IMG/VR virus record: IMGVR_UViG_3300046543_000050
DNA: 64,000 nucleotides
Reading direction: 5' to 3' (one strand)
DNA from: a virus
Lineage: Duplodnaviria > Heunggongvirae > Uroviricota > Caudoviricetes
Position numbers and translations under genes: made by a program. Below are positions 8,873 to 18,778 of this stretch, one piece after another. The notes under the pieces were generated by a model, which saw only the letters and a program-made list of their open reading frames with translations, was not told the DNA's origin and ran no database searches. Numbering within the stretch: position 1 is the first letter of the stretch; each line of letters begins with the position of its first letter.

Positions 8873-9359
8873 TTCAATGGAGATGGATGTTGCGCTGTTG
8901 AAGCGTGACACGGTGCAGACCACGCAGATTGTCACGAAGCTTGACAATGCGATTGAAAAACTAACTGGACTTGGCAATGACATCACGAAGATGCTTGCCT
9001 TGCACGAACAACGCCTTGCGCGACTGGAACAGATTGACAACGAAATTCACGGACTTGTAGAGACGCGACGTGCAGAACTACAGACGGACATTAATGCGTT
9101 GGAGGGGAAATTGGCTTCGACCATTAAAGAGATTTCGACGGACATCACCAAGACGGAGGATCGTCTCATGGGCGCAATCAAGGGCGTCAAGGACGACATC
9201 GAGAACGGTGACAAGAAGAAGGACAATCAGCACGAAGCACTGGTCAAGCGGGTGGAAGCCCTCGAACGCTGGCGCTACATCCTGATGGGTGGTGCTCTGG
9301 CCGTGGGATTCATCATCGAGAAACTTTTACCGGTCTTCGGGATTGGACATGCAGGATAA
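8853..9359 (+). CDS. coiled-coil protein with C-terminal transmembrane anchor (168 aa)
   Basis: Heptad-rich helical region then YILMGGALAVGFIIEKLLPVFGIG. Confidence 0.5.
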   Translation: MIIMGDNSMEMDVALLKRDTVQTTQIVTKLDNAIEKLTGLGNDITKMLALHEQRLARLEQIDNEIHGLVETRRAELQTDINALEGKLASTIKEISTDITKTEDRLMGAIKGVKDDIENGDKKKDNQHEALVKRVEALERWRYILMGGALAVGFIIEKLLPVFGIGHAG

Positions 9360-9377
9360 CCCAGACATGGGATCAAG

Positions 9378-9400
9378 ACCGCCTTCGGGCGGTTTTGTCG
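9378..9400 (+). terminator. rho-independent terminator ACCGCC-TTCG-GGCGGT + T-run
   Basis: Hairpin with UUCG loop then TTTTGTCGTTT. Confidence 0.5.
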
Positions 9401-9474
9401 TTTCTGGGGCTTGCAACATTCCCGGACTTGTGCGATAATGCTGTTTATCGTTTCTCACAAGGCATTTCTGGTTC

Positions 9475-10539
9475 ATGACAGCGCTCTACATCGACGTGAA
9501 GTATGTCAGCTACATTGCTGGCCGTCTCTCGCAGTTCAAGAAGAAGGACGCCACTCTGTGGAATTTCCGGTGTCCTATCTGTCTCGATTCAAAGACCAAC
9601 AAGTACAAGGCACGCGGATACCTGTTCGCCAAAGAACAGAAGTTGTTCTATAGCTGCCATAACTGCGGCGCATCGATGCACTTCGGCGCGTTCCTCGAAT
9701 CGGTCGATCCTGTCGTCTACGGTGAGTACCGCCGTGAGTGCTATCAAGAGAAGAACCAAGGTGTCCGCAAGAAAGTAGAGAAGGTAGAACGAGTAGAAGA
9801 CGATGAACTGATCAAGAACCTCGCCAAGACCGATACAGCGGCCCGGTTTGCCAAGAAGGTAGTTGCACCGCCGCCAAGCCTTCTCGACGGCCTGATGGAC
9901 CGTTTAGACCGTCTGCCGGGTGAGCATGAAGCTGTCCGGTATGCGCTGGATCGGAAGATTCCAAAGGACCAGTTGCACAAGATGTACTTCATCCCGAATA
10001 TGCTCGACATCGTTCAGTTGTCGGCACGGTATGAAGGTCGGATCAAGTCTCAGGAACCGCGCATTGTGATGCCGTTCTATGACACCAAGGGTCAACTGAC
10101 GGGCGTCACCTGTCGGGCCATCCGGGGTGAGAGTTTGCGGTACGTGGTCGTCAAGGTCAAAGATGATGTGCCTCTGATCTTCGGCATCAACGACATCGAC
10201 CGTAGCAAGAAGGTGTACGTGGTAGAAGGTCCGATTGACTCGATGTTCATTCCCAATGCTGTTGCTGTCGGCGGGACGGGTATGGGGAAGATCAACTTCC
10301 TTGGTTTGAGCGATACAACAATCGTGTTCGATAATCAACCAAGGAACAAAGATGTGTGTAGAATACAGGAACGGGCGATTGCGAATGGTAACAACGTGGT
10401 CGTCTGGAATCCACGTCTGACGCAGAAAGACATCAACGACATGGCGAAAGACGGTGTGGACTACATGAAGGAAATTGATTCCCGGACGTATTCCGGGCTA
10501 CAGGCAAAACTAGAATTCGACAGATGGAAGAAGTGTTGA
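9475..10539 (+). CDS. 61: DNA primase (gp61-like): N-terminal Zn-ribbon plus TOPRIM
   Basis: CPICLDSKTN...CHNCGASMHF zinc ribbon; acidic TOPRIM-like motifs (VVEGPIDSMF, DNQPRNKD). Confidence 0.8.
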   Translation: MTALYIDVKYVSYIAGRLSQFKKKDATLWNFRCPICLDSKTNKYKARGYLFAKEQKLFYSCHNCGASMHFGAFLESVDPVVYGEYRRECYQEKNQGVRKKVEKVERVEDDELIKNLAKTDTAARFAKKVVAPPPSLLDGLMDRLDRLPGEHEAVRYALDRKIPKDQLHKMYFIPNMLDIVQLSARYEGRIKSQEPRIVMPFYDTKGQLTGVTCRAIRGESLRYVVVKVKDDVPLIFGINDIDRSKKVYVVEGPIDSMFIPNAVAVGGTGMGKINFLGLSDTTIVFDNQPRNKDVCRIQERAIANGNNVVVWNPRLTQKDINDMAKDGVDYMKEIDSRTYSGLQAKLEFDRWKKC

Positions 10540-10540
10540 A

Positions 10541-10771
10541 ATGAAATTCACAGTCAGAACACATGTGCCGCGCGCTGGTGCGGACTACGAATGGGCCTCA
10601 GTGGTCATGTATGGCCGCGAGGTTGTCCGCTATGGCGACTACTACCATGAGAAGGGTGTCGTCCGCGCAGAGGGCTGGATCGACGGCTATGCCGCCGCGA
10701 TGGGTCTTCATCCTCTCGACATCGATCTGCGTCGCGAAGAATTCGTTGACCCGGAATGCTATCAACAATGA
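10541..10771 (+). CDS. hypothetical protein (76 aa)
   Basis: ORF overlapping the primase stop (ATGA). Confidence 0.4.
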   Translation: MKFTVRTHVPRAGADYEWASVVMYGREVVRYGDYYHEKGVVRAEGWIDGYAAAMGLHPLDIDLRREEFVDPECYQQ

Positions 10772-11115
10772 CGGACGCGGACTATCGCGCTGAACTCCTG
10801 CGTCTGATGCCGGACGATACGTTCCTTCATGCCCGGTACGTCCTCGATGGTCCGTTCGAGAAGCAACTGACGCTGGACGAGAAGGCGCTGAAAGAGTGTG
10901 TCCAACGCGATCTGACGTATGGACTTGGCCGCGCGATTCTCGATAAGAAGCAATCGGCATTCAGAGACTTCACGAATAGTGATATGAACCGTGAGTTCGC
11001 CTTGGACCTGATCGTCTTCAGTCCTGACGAGTGGCGTAAATATCATTCCGATCTTCAAACCCTCCTGCAACACGCAAGGTATCGAAGAACTACAACAGAT
11101 TTTGGATTTTTATAA
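10768..11115 (+). CDS. hypothetical protein (~115 aa)
   Basis: ORF; start ATG 10768 chosen. Confidence 0.4.
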   Translation: MTDADYRAELLRLMPDDTFLHARYVLDGPFEKQLTLDEKALKECVQRDLTYGLGRAILDKKQSAFRDFTNSDMNREFALDLIVFSPDEWRKYHSDLQTLLQHARYRRTTTDFGFL

Positions 11116-11120
11116 AGCAC

Positions 11121-11807
11121 ATGCAACAAGCAATTGATCTTCTCGACCACGGCAAAGTTCGTTTGATCGAACATATGGGTTCTGACCTCTCCATCGTCCG
11201 CAACGCACGCGTCAGCTATGACGCAGAATGGCGCACTGGCGAGGACGCTGGCAAAGATGCCAAGCTTATCAACTATCTGGTCAAGAATCACCACACAAGC
11301 CCATTTGAAGCGGTCACGTTCACGTTTGAAGTGAAAGCCCCGATCTTCGTGTTCCGTCAGTGGCATCGTCATCGCACATGGGCCTACAACGAAATCTCCG
11401 GTCGCTATGCTGAACTACCGGAAGAATTCTACGTCCCGATCCCGGCTGACATCACGGAACAGTCGAAGGACAACAAGCAGATGCGCACGGACGAACGGCA
11501 TCCCGAAGCTGATGTGATCCGAAACATGATCCTTCGGCAGTGCGAAGATTGTTTCCAGACATACCATGATCTGATCGAAATGGGTTGTCCGCGTGAACTG
11601 GCCCGTGGTGTGTTGCCATTGAATACCTACAGCCATATGTTTGCAACGGTAAATCTGCACAATCTGATCAAGTTCTTGGGTCTGCGTCTGCACTCCCATG
11701 CACAGAAAGAGATTCGTGTGTATGCCGAAGCAATGTTGAAACTTATCGAACCCATCGTACCAGTCACGGTTGATGCATACCACAAGCACATATTACAAAC
11801 ACGATGA
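11121..11807 (+). CDS. thyX: flavin-dependent thymidylate synthase ThyX
   Basis: 228 aa; ThyX signature RHRTWAYNEISGRY (RHR...S.R.). Confidence 0.85.
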   Translation: MQQAIDLLDHGKVRLIEHMGSDLSIVRNARVSYDAEWRTGEDAGKDAKLINYLVKNHHTSPFEAVTFTFEVKAPIFVFRQWHRHRTWAYNEISGRYAELPEEFYVPIPADITEQSKDNKQMRTDERHPEADVIRNMILRQCEDCFQTYHDLIEMGCPRELARGVLPLNTYSHMFATVNLHNLIKFLGLRLHSHAQKEIRVYAEAMLKLIEPIVPVTVDAYHKHILQTR

Positions 11808-12148
11808 ACCAATTCATTCAAACTCGCGAAAACATCCTGTTGAATCTTGAAAGCGCCAAGCGTGAACTGGCACGACGCGAAGCGCAACTTGCTGCATGGG
11901 ATCAAGACCCAAAGAACAACGTCTTCGAATCCCTCGAAGACGCGGAATGCGAACTGTATGAAACCCTGCGTGATCGGGCTTCGCTTGACTGCGTGGGTTC
12001 GTACAACTGCGGCGCTGACGAGTACCGTCAAGGCTTCTACGTCGATGGTAAAGAGTACGTAGCAATCGCTGACGTTGAATACAACCGTCATGACAAGCAG
12101 TATTACTTCATCGACGGATACACCTTCAACATCGAAGAAGTGAAATGA
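11804..12148 (+). CDS. hypothetical protein (114 aa)
   Basis: Translationally coupled ORF (ATGA overlap). Confidence 0.5.
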   Translation: MNQFIQTRENILLNLESAKRELARREAQLAAWDQDPKNNVFESLEDAECELYETLRDRASLDCVGSYNCGADEYRQGFYVDGKEYVAIADVEYNRHDKQYYFIDGYTFNIEEVK

Positions 12149-12429
12149 AGTACACCCTTCGACACGTTCCGGTGATCGAAGCGATGCAACTACCGCTTGA
12201 CCCTGATGAAGATGATGGTCAAGCGGTCGAAGAATTCATCGCTTGGGCGGAACGTTGGAACTTCGAATACCTGAGTGATCATGACAACGGTATTTGCTTC
12301 CGCCGCACTCAGACGATGGACCCGAATGATTGGGTCCGCGTGAATCCCGGTGACTACGTGGTGATTGGTGGATTCGATAACTACGTCGATACCGCCGAAC
12401 AATTTGAACGACGATACATCCCTGCATGA
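12145..12429 (+). CDS. hypothetical acidic protein (94 aa)
   Basis: Coupled ORF. Confidence 0.5.
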   Translation: MKYTLRHVPVIEAMQLPLDPDEDDGQAVEEFIAWAERWNFEYLSDHDNGICFRRTQTMDPNDWVRVNPGDYVVIGGFDNYVDTAEQFERRYIPA

Positions 12430-12935
12430 ACCAAGTCGAAGATCAACGCGTCCTCGCTATCATCAAACAAACTATTAAAGAGTACAGAATGACCACCATC
12501 TCCAAGCCCATCGACCAAACCTTTGACATCATTAGCGCCGGTGAATACACCAAAGACCACCAGTATCGCGATCTGATCGACGCTGGCAATCTGATCACCG
12601 AAGTTTCGCACGCTGCATCCCTCAAAGCTGGTTGGTGGCATGACCTGAAGACCGGCGAACTGGTTGTACCGAACATCGGTGAAAAGTTGATGCTGGTTGT
12701 CTCCGAAGTCAGCGAAGCGATGGAAGGCGCACGCAAGAACCTGATGGACGACAAGCTTCCGCACCGCAAGATGATCGAAGTCGAACTGGCTGACGCTGTG
12801 ATCCGTATTGGTGATCTGTGTGGTCGTCTGGGTCTGGACCTTGGCGGCGCAATTGCAGAGAAGTTGGAATACAACGCTATCCGCCCGGACCACAAGAAGG
12901 AAAACCGTCTTGGTGAGAACGGCAAGAAGTTCTGA
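12426..12935 (+). CDS. mazG: MazG-like nucleoside triphosphate pyrophosphohydrolase
   Basis: MazG EExxE-type motifs (VSEVSEAMEG ... EVELADAVIRIGDL). Confidence 0.6.
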   Translation: MNQVEDQRVLAIIKQTIKEYRMTTISKPIDQTFDIISAGEYTKDHQYRDLIDAGNLITEVSHAASLKAGWWHDLKTGELVVPNIGEKLMLVVSEVSEAMEGARKNLMDDKLPHRKMIEVELADAVIRIGDLCGRLGLDLGGAIAEKLEYNAIRPDHKKENRLGENGKKF

Positions 12936-12967
12936 TAAATAACAAACCCTGATTCGGAATCCATATC

Positions 12968-13360
12968 ATGTTCACTCTGTCAGAAATAAAGTTCGCGGTC
13001 GTATCTCTCGCATTGATCAGCGCTATCGGTGGTTCGTACTTCTACGGTCGTCACGAACAGTCGGTGTCGGATCAACTTCTCGCGGCGAAGGACCAAGCTG
13101 CGATGCAACTCAAGATCAACGCTGAGACTGATCGTCGCAACGATATTTCGCAGAAGTTTGAGGACAAACTGGACAATCTGAAGATCGTCAACACGACGAT
13201 CACCAAGAATGTCACGACCGAACTTCAGAAGCAAATCTACACGGACTGCAAACTTCCCGCTTCGGGAACTGCACTGATCAACGCCAATGCTGACCAACTG
13301 AACGCCGCACGTCATGGCACAGTTGCATCGGCCCCTGTTGCTGCATCTACACCACAATGA
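12968..13360 (+). CDS. i-spanin (Rz-like): N-terminal TM plus periplasmic coiled coil
   Basis: TM VVSLALISAIGG then coiled-coil; late-type GATAAATA ~25 nt upstream; followed by a lipoprotein ORF. Confidence 0.55.
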   Translation: MFTLSEIKFAVVSLALISAIGGSYFYGRHEQSVSDQLLAAKDQAAMQLKINAETDRRNDISQKFEDKLDNLKIVNTTITKNVTTELQKQIYTDCKLPASGTALINANADQLNAARHGTVASAPVAASTPQ

Positions 13361-13632
13361 AAAAACTGATCGCACTCGTTGCGATCTGTGCATCACTGGC
13401 CGCTTGCGGGGTTGCCCCGCCTAAGCCGGAACTTGCGCCGATTGCAACGCCCGCTAACCTGACCCATCAATGTCCCGACATCGAACATATCGATGACGAC
13501 GCATCGCTTGGTACGGCCATGACCTATATCACGCATATTCAGACGCAATACAATATCTGTGCAATGCGTAACGACTCCCTTCGTGAAGTGACCAGTCCGC
13601 AACAAACACAGTCATCTTCACAAGGGAAATGA
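13357..13632 (+). CDS. o-spanin (Rz1-like) outer-membrane lipoprotein
   Basis: Signal peptide with lipobox LAAC; Pro-rich; separated (non-embedded) architecture after the i-spanin. Confidence 0.55.
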   Translation: MKKLIALVAICASLAACGVAPPKPELAPIATPANLTHQCPDIEHIDDDASLGTAMTYITHIQTQYNICAMRNDSLREVTSPQQTQSSSQGK

Positions 13633-14642
13633 TGGCAACGCCGAATATTCAACAGAAAACCGACAGTCTGATCACGCAGTACCCAGAAGTCGAAGCATTC
13701 ACAAAGAAGCAACTCTCGATCTTCTGGCTTCCTGATGAAGTCAAGGTCGAGAAGGATGTACAGGACGTTCTGGTCCACATGTCCGAATCGGAAAAGCATG
13801 GCGTCACAACGACGCTCAAGCTGTTCACGAAGTACGAACTGAAGGCCGGTGCGGATTACTGGATGGGACGCTTCAAACGTCGCTTCCCGCGTCCTGAGTT
13901 CCAAGAGATGGCCGCAACGTTCGGTATGTTCGAACTGGCGATTCACAAGCGGTTCTACCAGAAGATCAACGAACTAACGTTCCTTCACACGGACGAGTTC
14001 TATAGCAGCTACACATCCGATCCGGTTCTGTCGGCGCGCATGGACTTCATTGACTCCGTGATCAACGACACGGACGATCTGGTATCCCTCGCTGGCTTCT
14101 CGATGATTGAAGGTGGGATTCTCTACACCAACTTCGCATTCCTGAAGCACTTTCAGCAACAGGGCAAGAACAAGCTACTGAACGTGGTGCGTGGCATCAA
14201 CTTCAGCGTCCGCGATGAAAACCTGCACTCGCTGGCTGGCGCATGGGTGTTCAAGAAGCTGTTGGAAGAAAAGAACCCGTCTGAAGCGTATCTCAAGTTC
14301 CTGAAGGGTCGCATCTTCGAGATGGCGCAAGCGCTGTATGAGCATGAGTGCCGCATCGCAGACATGATCTTCGAGAAGGGAAACATCCCCGGCATCACAG
14401 CACATCAGTTGAAGAACTTCGCGATGTCGCGGGTCAACGAAGTGTTGGGCTATCTGGGCTACGAGAAGCTTGAAGAAGTGAAGTACAACCCGATTGCTGA
14501 TTGGTTCTACAAAGCGATCAACAGTTACACGTTCAACGACTTCTTCAGTGGTATGGGCGCACAGTATCACCGAGATTGGGACGAAGAAGCCTTCGTCTGG
14601 AAAACAAAAGCACAACGAGAAGCAGAGGCCGCACAAGCATGA
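13629..14642 (+). CDS. nrdB: ribonucleotide reductase small subunit NrdB (class I)
   Basis: 337 aa; di-iron ExxH motifs (SESEKHG, RDENLHS). Confidence 0.8.
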   Translation: MMATPNIQQKTDSLITQYPEVEAFTKKQLSIFWLPDEVKVEKDVQDVLVHMSESEKHGVTTTLKLFTKYELKAGADYWMGRFKRRFPRPEFQEMAATFGMFELAIHKRFYQKINELTFLHTDEFYSSYTSDPVLSARMDFIDSVINDTDDLVSLAGFSMIEGGILYTNFAFLKHFQQQGKNKLLNVVRGINFSVRDENLHSLAGAWVFKKLLEEKNPSEAYLKFLKGRIFEMAQALYEHECRIADMIFEKGNIPGITAHQLKNFAMSRVNEVLGYLGYEKLEEVKYNPIADWFYKAINSYTFNDFFSGMGAQYHRDWDEEAFVWKTKAQREAEAAQA

Positions 14643-16339
14643 ACGTCTATGAACAACTGAGTGAAGAACGCAAGGCACTCCAAGAGCAAGGTCTGGTTCC
14701 CGACTGGTATACGACCGCTGGATACCAGATGTTCAAAGACAAGTACGAGTATGAAGTCGAAGGTCGCTCTGTACGTGGTCAGTTCGAACGTATCGCTGCT
14801 ACTGCGGCATCGCATCTGCGTAAGTTTGGCGGGGAAGAAATTGCCAACGAGAAGTTCTTCGAACTCCTATGGAAAGGTTGGTTGAGTCCTTCGACGCCGG
14901 TTCTCGCGAACACTGGTACGAACCGTGGCCTTCCTGTCTCATGTTCGGGTGGCTACATCGATGATTCGATCTATGGGTTCTATGAACACCGTCTCGAAGT
15001 CGCGATGTTGACGAAGAATGGATTCGGTACATCGGGCTATCTGGGCGGCATCCGTCAACGTGGTTCGAAGATCAGTGTCGGCGGCAAGGCATCGGGCGTG
15101 TCCCCTGTCTTCCAATCCGAGATTCGTGACATGCGTGACGTTGCGCAAGGTACGGCACGACGCGGCGCATATGCTGGCTACCTCGAAGCGGATCATGGTG
15201 ACTTCGATGAAGTGTGCGACTTCATCTATAACAACCCGGATGACGCGAACATTGGCTGGATCATCACGGACGCGTTCATTGAACTTCTCGAAGAAGGCGA
15301 CGCAGATACGCATCGACGCTTCAAGAAGATGCTGAAGCTGAAAATGGTTCATGGTAAGGGCTACTTCTTTTTCGTGGACAAGGCGAATCGTCATCGTCCC
15401 GAGATGTATGTCCAGCATGACCTATTCATCAACAACAGCAACCTGTGCAGCGAAATCATGCTGTTCAACGACAAGGACCACACGTTCACCTGTGTTCTGA
15501 GTTCGATGAACGTTGCGAAGTACGATGAATGGAAAGATACTGACGCTGTGTATTGGGCGACGTGGTTCCTCGACTGTATCGCAGAAGAATTCATTCAACG
15601 TGCCAAGTTGATCCCCGGTCTTGAGAAGGCTGTGCGCTTCACCGAGAAGGGTCGTGCGTTGGGTCTTGGACAGTGCGGGTTCCACACGTATCTGCAACAG
15701 AACATGATTGCCTTCGAATCGTTCGAAGCGCACATGAAGAACAGTGAGATTGCCAAGCATATCTGGGACGAAAGTCTTCGCGCATCGCAGATGATGGCGT
15801 CCGCTCTGGGTGAACCGGAATGGTGTAAGGGTCACGGTGTCCGCAATACGCACCGTATCGCAATCGCTCCTACGAAGTCCACAGCGAACCTGATGGGTGG
15901 TGTGTCCGAAGGTATCAACCCGGACCCGGCATACGTCTATACGGCCTCTGGTGCTGCCGGTGAGATGGATCGGATCAACCCGATTCTTCTGGCGATCATG
16001 AAGGCGCGTGGTGTCTACAATAAGAAGGTCATTGCAGACATCGCGGACAAGCAAGGTTCAGTGCAGCACGTTACGTGGCTGTCGGAAGACGAGAAGAAGG
16101 TCTTCAAGACTGCTTTCGAAATCGACATGCGCGCAGTGATCCGGTTGGCATCGACGCGTGGACGTTGGATTGACCAGTGGCAGTCGGTCAACCTGTTCTT
16201 CGCAGCGGAAGAAGACGAAGCGTACATCGCAGAGATTCACCAAGAAGCCTTCCTCGATCCGAACATGCTTGCGCTGTACTACATCTATACGCAAGCTGGC
16301 GTTCAAGCTGCCAAGGGTGAGTGCGAGGCTTGTCAGTAA
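14639..16339 (+). CDS. nrdA: ribonucleotide reductase large subunit NrdA (no ATP cone)
   Basis: Start ATG 14639 overlapping the nrdB stop (ATGA); catalytic NxCxE (NLCSEIML); ~567 aa. Confidence 0.8.
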   Translation: MNVYEQLSEERKALQEQGLVPDWYTTAGYQMFKDKYEYEVEGRSVRGQFERIAATAASHLRKFGGEEIANEKFFELLWKGWLSPSTPVLANTGTNRGLPVSCSGGYIDDSIYGFYEHRLEVAMLTKNGFGTSGYLGGIRQRGSKISVGGKASGVSPVFQSEIRDMRDVAQGTARRGAYAGYLEADHGDFDEVCDFIYNNPDDANIGWIITDAFIELLEEGDADTHRRFKKMLKLKMVHGKGYFFFVDKANRHRPEMYVQHDLFINNSNLCSEIMLFNDKDHTFTCVLSSMNVAKYDEWKDTDAVYWATWFLDCIAEEFIQRAKLIPGLEKAVRFTEKGRALGLGQCGFHTYLQQNMIAFESFEAHMKNSEIAKHIWDESLRASQMMASALGEPEWCKGHGVRNTHRIAIAPTKSTANLMGGVSEGINPDPAYVYTASGAAGEMDRINPILLAIMKARGVYNKKVIADIADKQGSVQHVTWLSEDEKKVFKTAFEIDMRAVIRLASTRGRWIDQWQSVNLFFAAEEDEAYIAEIHQEAFLDPNMLALYYIYTQAGVQAAKGECEACQ

Positions 16340-16818
16340 TGTTTGACTCCCAGAAACTATTCTGGGATAAGGCGTCCTTTTTTGACGAACGGGACGCCTT
16401 TATTCCTTTTGTGGACCGCATCACGCCATCGTATCTTGGCGGTAAGCGAATCCTTCCGGGAGTACGTCAGGCGATGATGCGCGAGAAGATGGTCGCCGTT
16501 CATCGTGCCTATGATCATGGAAAGGTTCGTCCGTTGTCCGATGCAATCTGGCGTCAGCTTGACGACAGTCGGTCATGGTGGACCTTGACCCCGGCTGACG
16601 TGAATCGCGAACTGTTCGAGGGACGCGTCTCTGATCCGGTCGGCATCGTTTCCGACATGATCGACACGTTCAATACTGGCAAGGTCATTGCGCCGATTGT
16701 CGCGGTCAGCAAGGTCAACCACAACAAGCAGTACCGGTTGGTGTCGGGAAACCTGCAACTGATGATCTGTCGGTCATCTCGCATCATTCCCAAGTGTGTT
16801 TTTATTGAACTTGAATGA
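16339..16818 (+). CDS. hypothetical protein (~159 aa)
   Basis: ATG overlapping the nrdA stop. Confidence 0.45.
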   Translation: MFDSQKLFWDKASFFDERDAFIPFVDRITPSYLGGKRILPGVRQAMMREKMVAVHRAYDHGKVRPLSDAIWRQLDDSRSWWTLTPADVNRELFEGRVSDPVGIVSDMIDTFNTGKVIAPIVAVSKVNHNKQYRLVSGNLQLMICRSSRIIPKCVFIELE

Positions 16819-16862
16819 CAGACGTGGTATAATGCGTCATCTCAACTAGGTGATGAAGAAAA

Positions 16863-17063
16863 GTGAAGATTCTAAAAGAAACGGATGTCGCGCCGATCAT
16901 CATGCGACTGGGCGACACTCTCAGTGTGAGTTACAACCAAGAGACAGTCCTGACACATCCGGTAGAAACGCAACAAGTGATCAACCATGTAGTCATTTTT
17001 GAAATTCAAGACGAGTTCGGTTTCAAGACCGGCATCGGCGCAATCGTAGGCGAGAAACAGTGA
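16863..17063 (+). CDS. hypothetical protein (66 aa, GTG start)
   Basis: ORF after -10 TATAAT at 16828; GTG start makes this uncertain. Confidence 0.3.
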   Translation: MKILKETDVAPIIMRLGDTLSVSYNQETVLTHPVETQQVINHVVIFEIQDEFGFKTGIGAIVGEKQ

Positions 17064-17572
17064 GAAAAATTTATTTGGATATGGACGGCGTGTTTGTTGA
17101 CTTCGACACCCATTTTGAAGCACTGCATGGCCGTCATCCCAAAGAAGTAGGCGAAGAAAACTTCTGGAAGGTCTTCGACACGAAGCGCGACGGGTTCTTC
17201 CGCGACTGTTTGCCGTTCGAAGGTCATCTGCAATTCCTTCACGAAGTCCTCGATGTGGCCGATCACTTCGGGTATGAAGTCGAGATGTTGACGGCGCTTC
17301 CGCGTCGATCCACACATCCGACAGCACTCCAAGAGAAGCAAGATTGGCTGTATCTACACGGCATGAGCGACATCAAAATGAATGTCGGTCCCTATGCCAT
17401 CGACAAGCAGAAGTGGTGCAATCCGGGCGACATCCTGATCGATGACAAAGACCTGAACATCATCCAGTGGCGCAACAAGGGTGGACATGGCGTCCATCAC
17501 ACGCCGGGTGACTTCCTCTCGTCCTATCGCGAACTGCGTCACTACGTGTCGGGCTGCGACCTCTCAGCATGA
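17060..17572 (+). CDS. HAD-superfamily 5'(3')-deoxyribonucleotidase
   Basis: N-terminal DxDGV motif LDMDGVFVDFD; ~170 aa. Confidence 0.65.
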   Translation: MRKIYLDMDGVFVDFDTHFEALHGRHPKEVGEENFWKVFDTKRDGFFRDCLPFEGHLQFLHEVLDVADHFGYEVEMLTALPRRSTHPTALQEKQDWLYLHGMSDIKMNVGPYAIDKQKWCNPGDILIDDKDLNIIQWRNKGGHGVHHTPGDFLSSYRELRHYVSGCDLSA

Positions 17573-17799
17573 GAATCCGCGTCCAGTACAACGATGCCAA
17601 GCGTCTGTTGATCATCCACAACAAGGACCAGTTGATGGCCGTCTATCGGGACATCGATTGGGTGACGGCACATACGATCCGCCGTGGTCTGTTTGACGCT
17701 GAGACGATGTGCCGGATGCATCCCGAGAAGACGCTGGTCGATTTTCTCAACGAATTGAATGACCCACCAACGGATGAAGAATGGAACTCCCTAACATAA
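17569..17799 (+). CDS. hypothetical protein (76 aa)
   Basis: Coupled ORF. Confidence 0.4.
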   Translation: MRIRVQYNDAKRLLIIHNKDQLMAVYRDIDWVTAHTIRRGLFDAETMCRMHPEKTLVDFLNELNDPPTDEEWNSLT

Positions 17800-18278
17800 T
17801 CTTTCTGGACTTCGACGGGGTTCTCTGTAATCCGCGAGCATGTGTCGCAGTCGGCAATACGGGTGGAGTCTACTCGTATCTTGACCCCATCGCCTGTTTG
17901 CTGGTGAAGAAGCTGTGCGTCGATAATAATGCTCAACTGGTTATCTCGTCATCATGGCGTATTGAATATGACCGATGGGCGATTCAGGCCATCTTGAATG
18001 CCAACTGTCCGGGCCTTGGCAACTTTATGTGGCGTGGGTCGGACTGGTGTACTCCGAATCACAATGGCACTGACGGTCTTACGTTTGGTCGTGGTCGCGA
18101 GATTAATGTGTGGATCAAGAAGCATTACTCAGAGTTTTTCCGGTTTGTCATCCTCGATGATGAATCGGATATGGAACCGTTGATGGACTCTCTGGTCCAG
18201 TGCGATCTGTACGATGGAATCGGGTTCCAACAATGGCGCAAGGCCGATAATATCCTGAGTGGATTCGGGGAAGAATGA
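17781..18278 (+). CDS. HAD-like hydrolase (second copy)
   Basis: FLDFDGVL DxDG motif. Confidence 0.55.
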   Translation: MELPNIIFLDFDGVLCNPRACVAVGNTGGVYSYLDPIACLLVKKLCVDNNAQLVISSSWRIEYDRWAIQAILNANCPGLGNFMWRGSDWCTPNHNGTDGLTFGRGREINVWIKKHYSEFFRFVILDDESDMEPLMDSLVQCDLYDGIGFQQWRKADNILSGFGEE

Positions 18279-18733
18279 AAGAAGAAATGATTCTGGCGCA
18301 CATGGATTGCGCCGAACGCTATGCCCGACTATCAAAGGCACGGCGTCTGAAAGTTGGTGCTCTAGTCGTTGATGGTGATCGGGTCATCTCGATTGGCTAC
18401 AACGGCACGGAACCCGGCGAAGACAACAACTGCGAGATTGAACCGGACAATTGGGACGGCGACATTCGCAAGCTGCGCACCAAGCCGGAAGTGATCCACG
18501 CGGAAGTCAACGCACTCCGCAAGATGGAAGTGGAGAACACATTGAATGATGGCGTTGTGTGGTCCGAAGCGTATGGTTGTGACCTGTTCTGCAACTTCGC
18601 GTGCTGTCTGCCCTGTGCAGAAGAAATGGTCCGACTAGGCATCCGTAGGTTCTTCTACCGGTACGCTTATCGCGACGCTGCTGGTCTGGATTATCTGGAA
18701 GACAATAGCGTAGAAGTCCGGCAGATCGTGTAG
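18275..18733 (+). CDS. cd: dCMP deaminase
   Basis: Zinc-binding HAEVNA ... CLPCAEE deoxycytidylate deaminase motifs. Confidence 0.8.
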   Translation: MKEEMILAHMDCAERYARLSKARRLKVGALVVDGDRVISIGYNGTEPGEDNNCEIEPDNWDGDIRKLRTKPEVIHAEVNALRKMEVENTLNDGVVWSEAYGCDLFCNFACCLPCAEEMVRLGIRRFFYRYAYRDAAGLDYLEDNSVEVRQIV

Positions 18734-18778
18734 GGGTAAATAACGTGAGAATGAATTAACTTATGGAGGATCATTCTC

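Noticed and set aside
14501-14638. Upstream extension of nrdA suggested by the ORF track (start 14501)
   Set aside because: The extension overlaps the last 140 nt of nrdB in another frame. The ATG at 14639 overlaps the nrdB stop (ATGA) and begins the conserved NrdA N-terminus (MNVYEQL...).
14639-16339. Intein or intron insertions in nrdA, gene 41 or the ligase gene (common in T4-like phages)
   Set aside because: The protein lengths (567, 471 and 457 aa) and uninterrupted conserved motifs give no sign of inserted elements.
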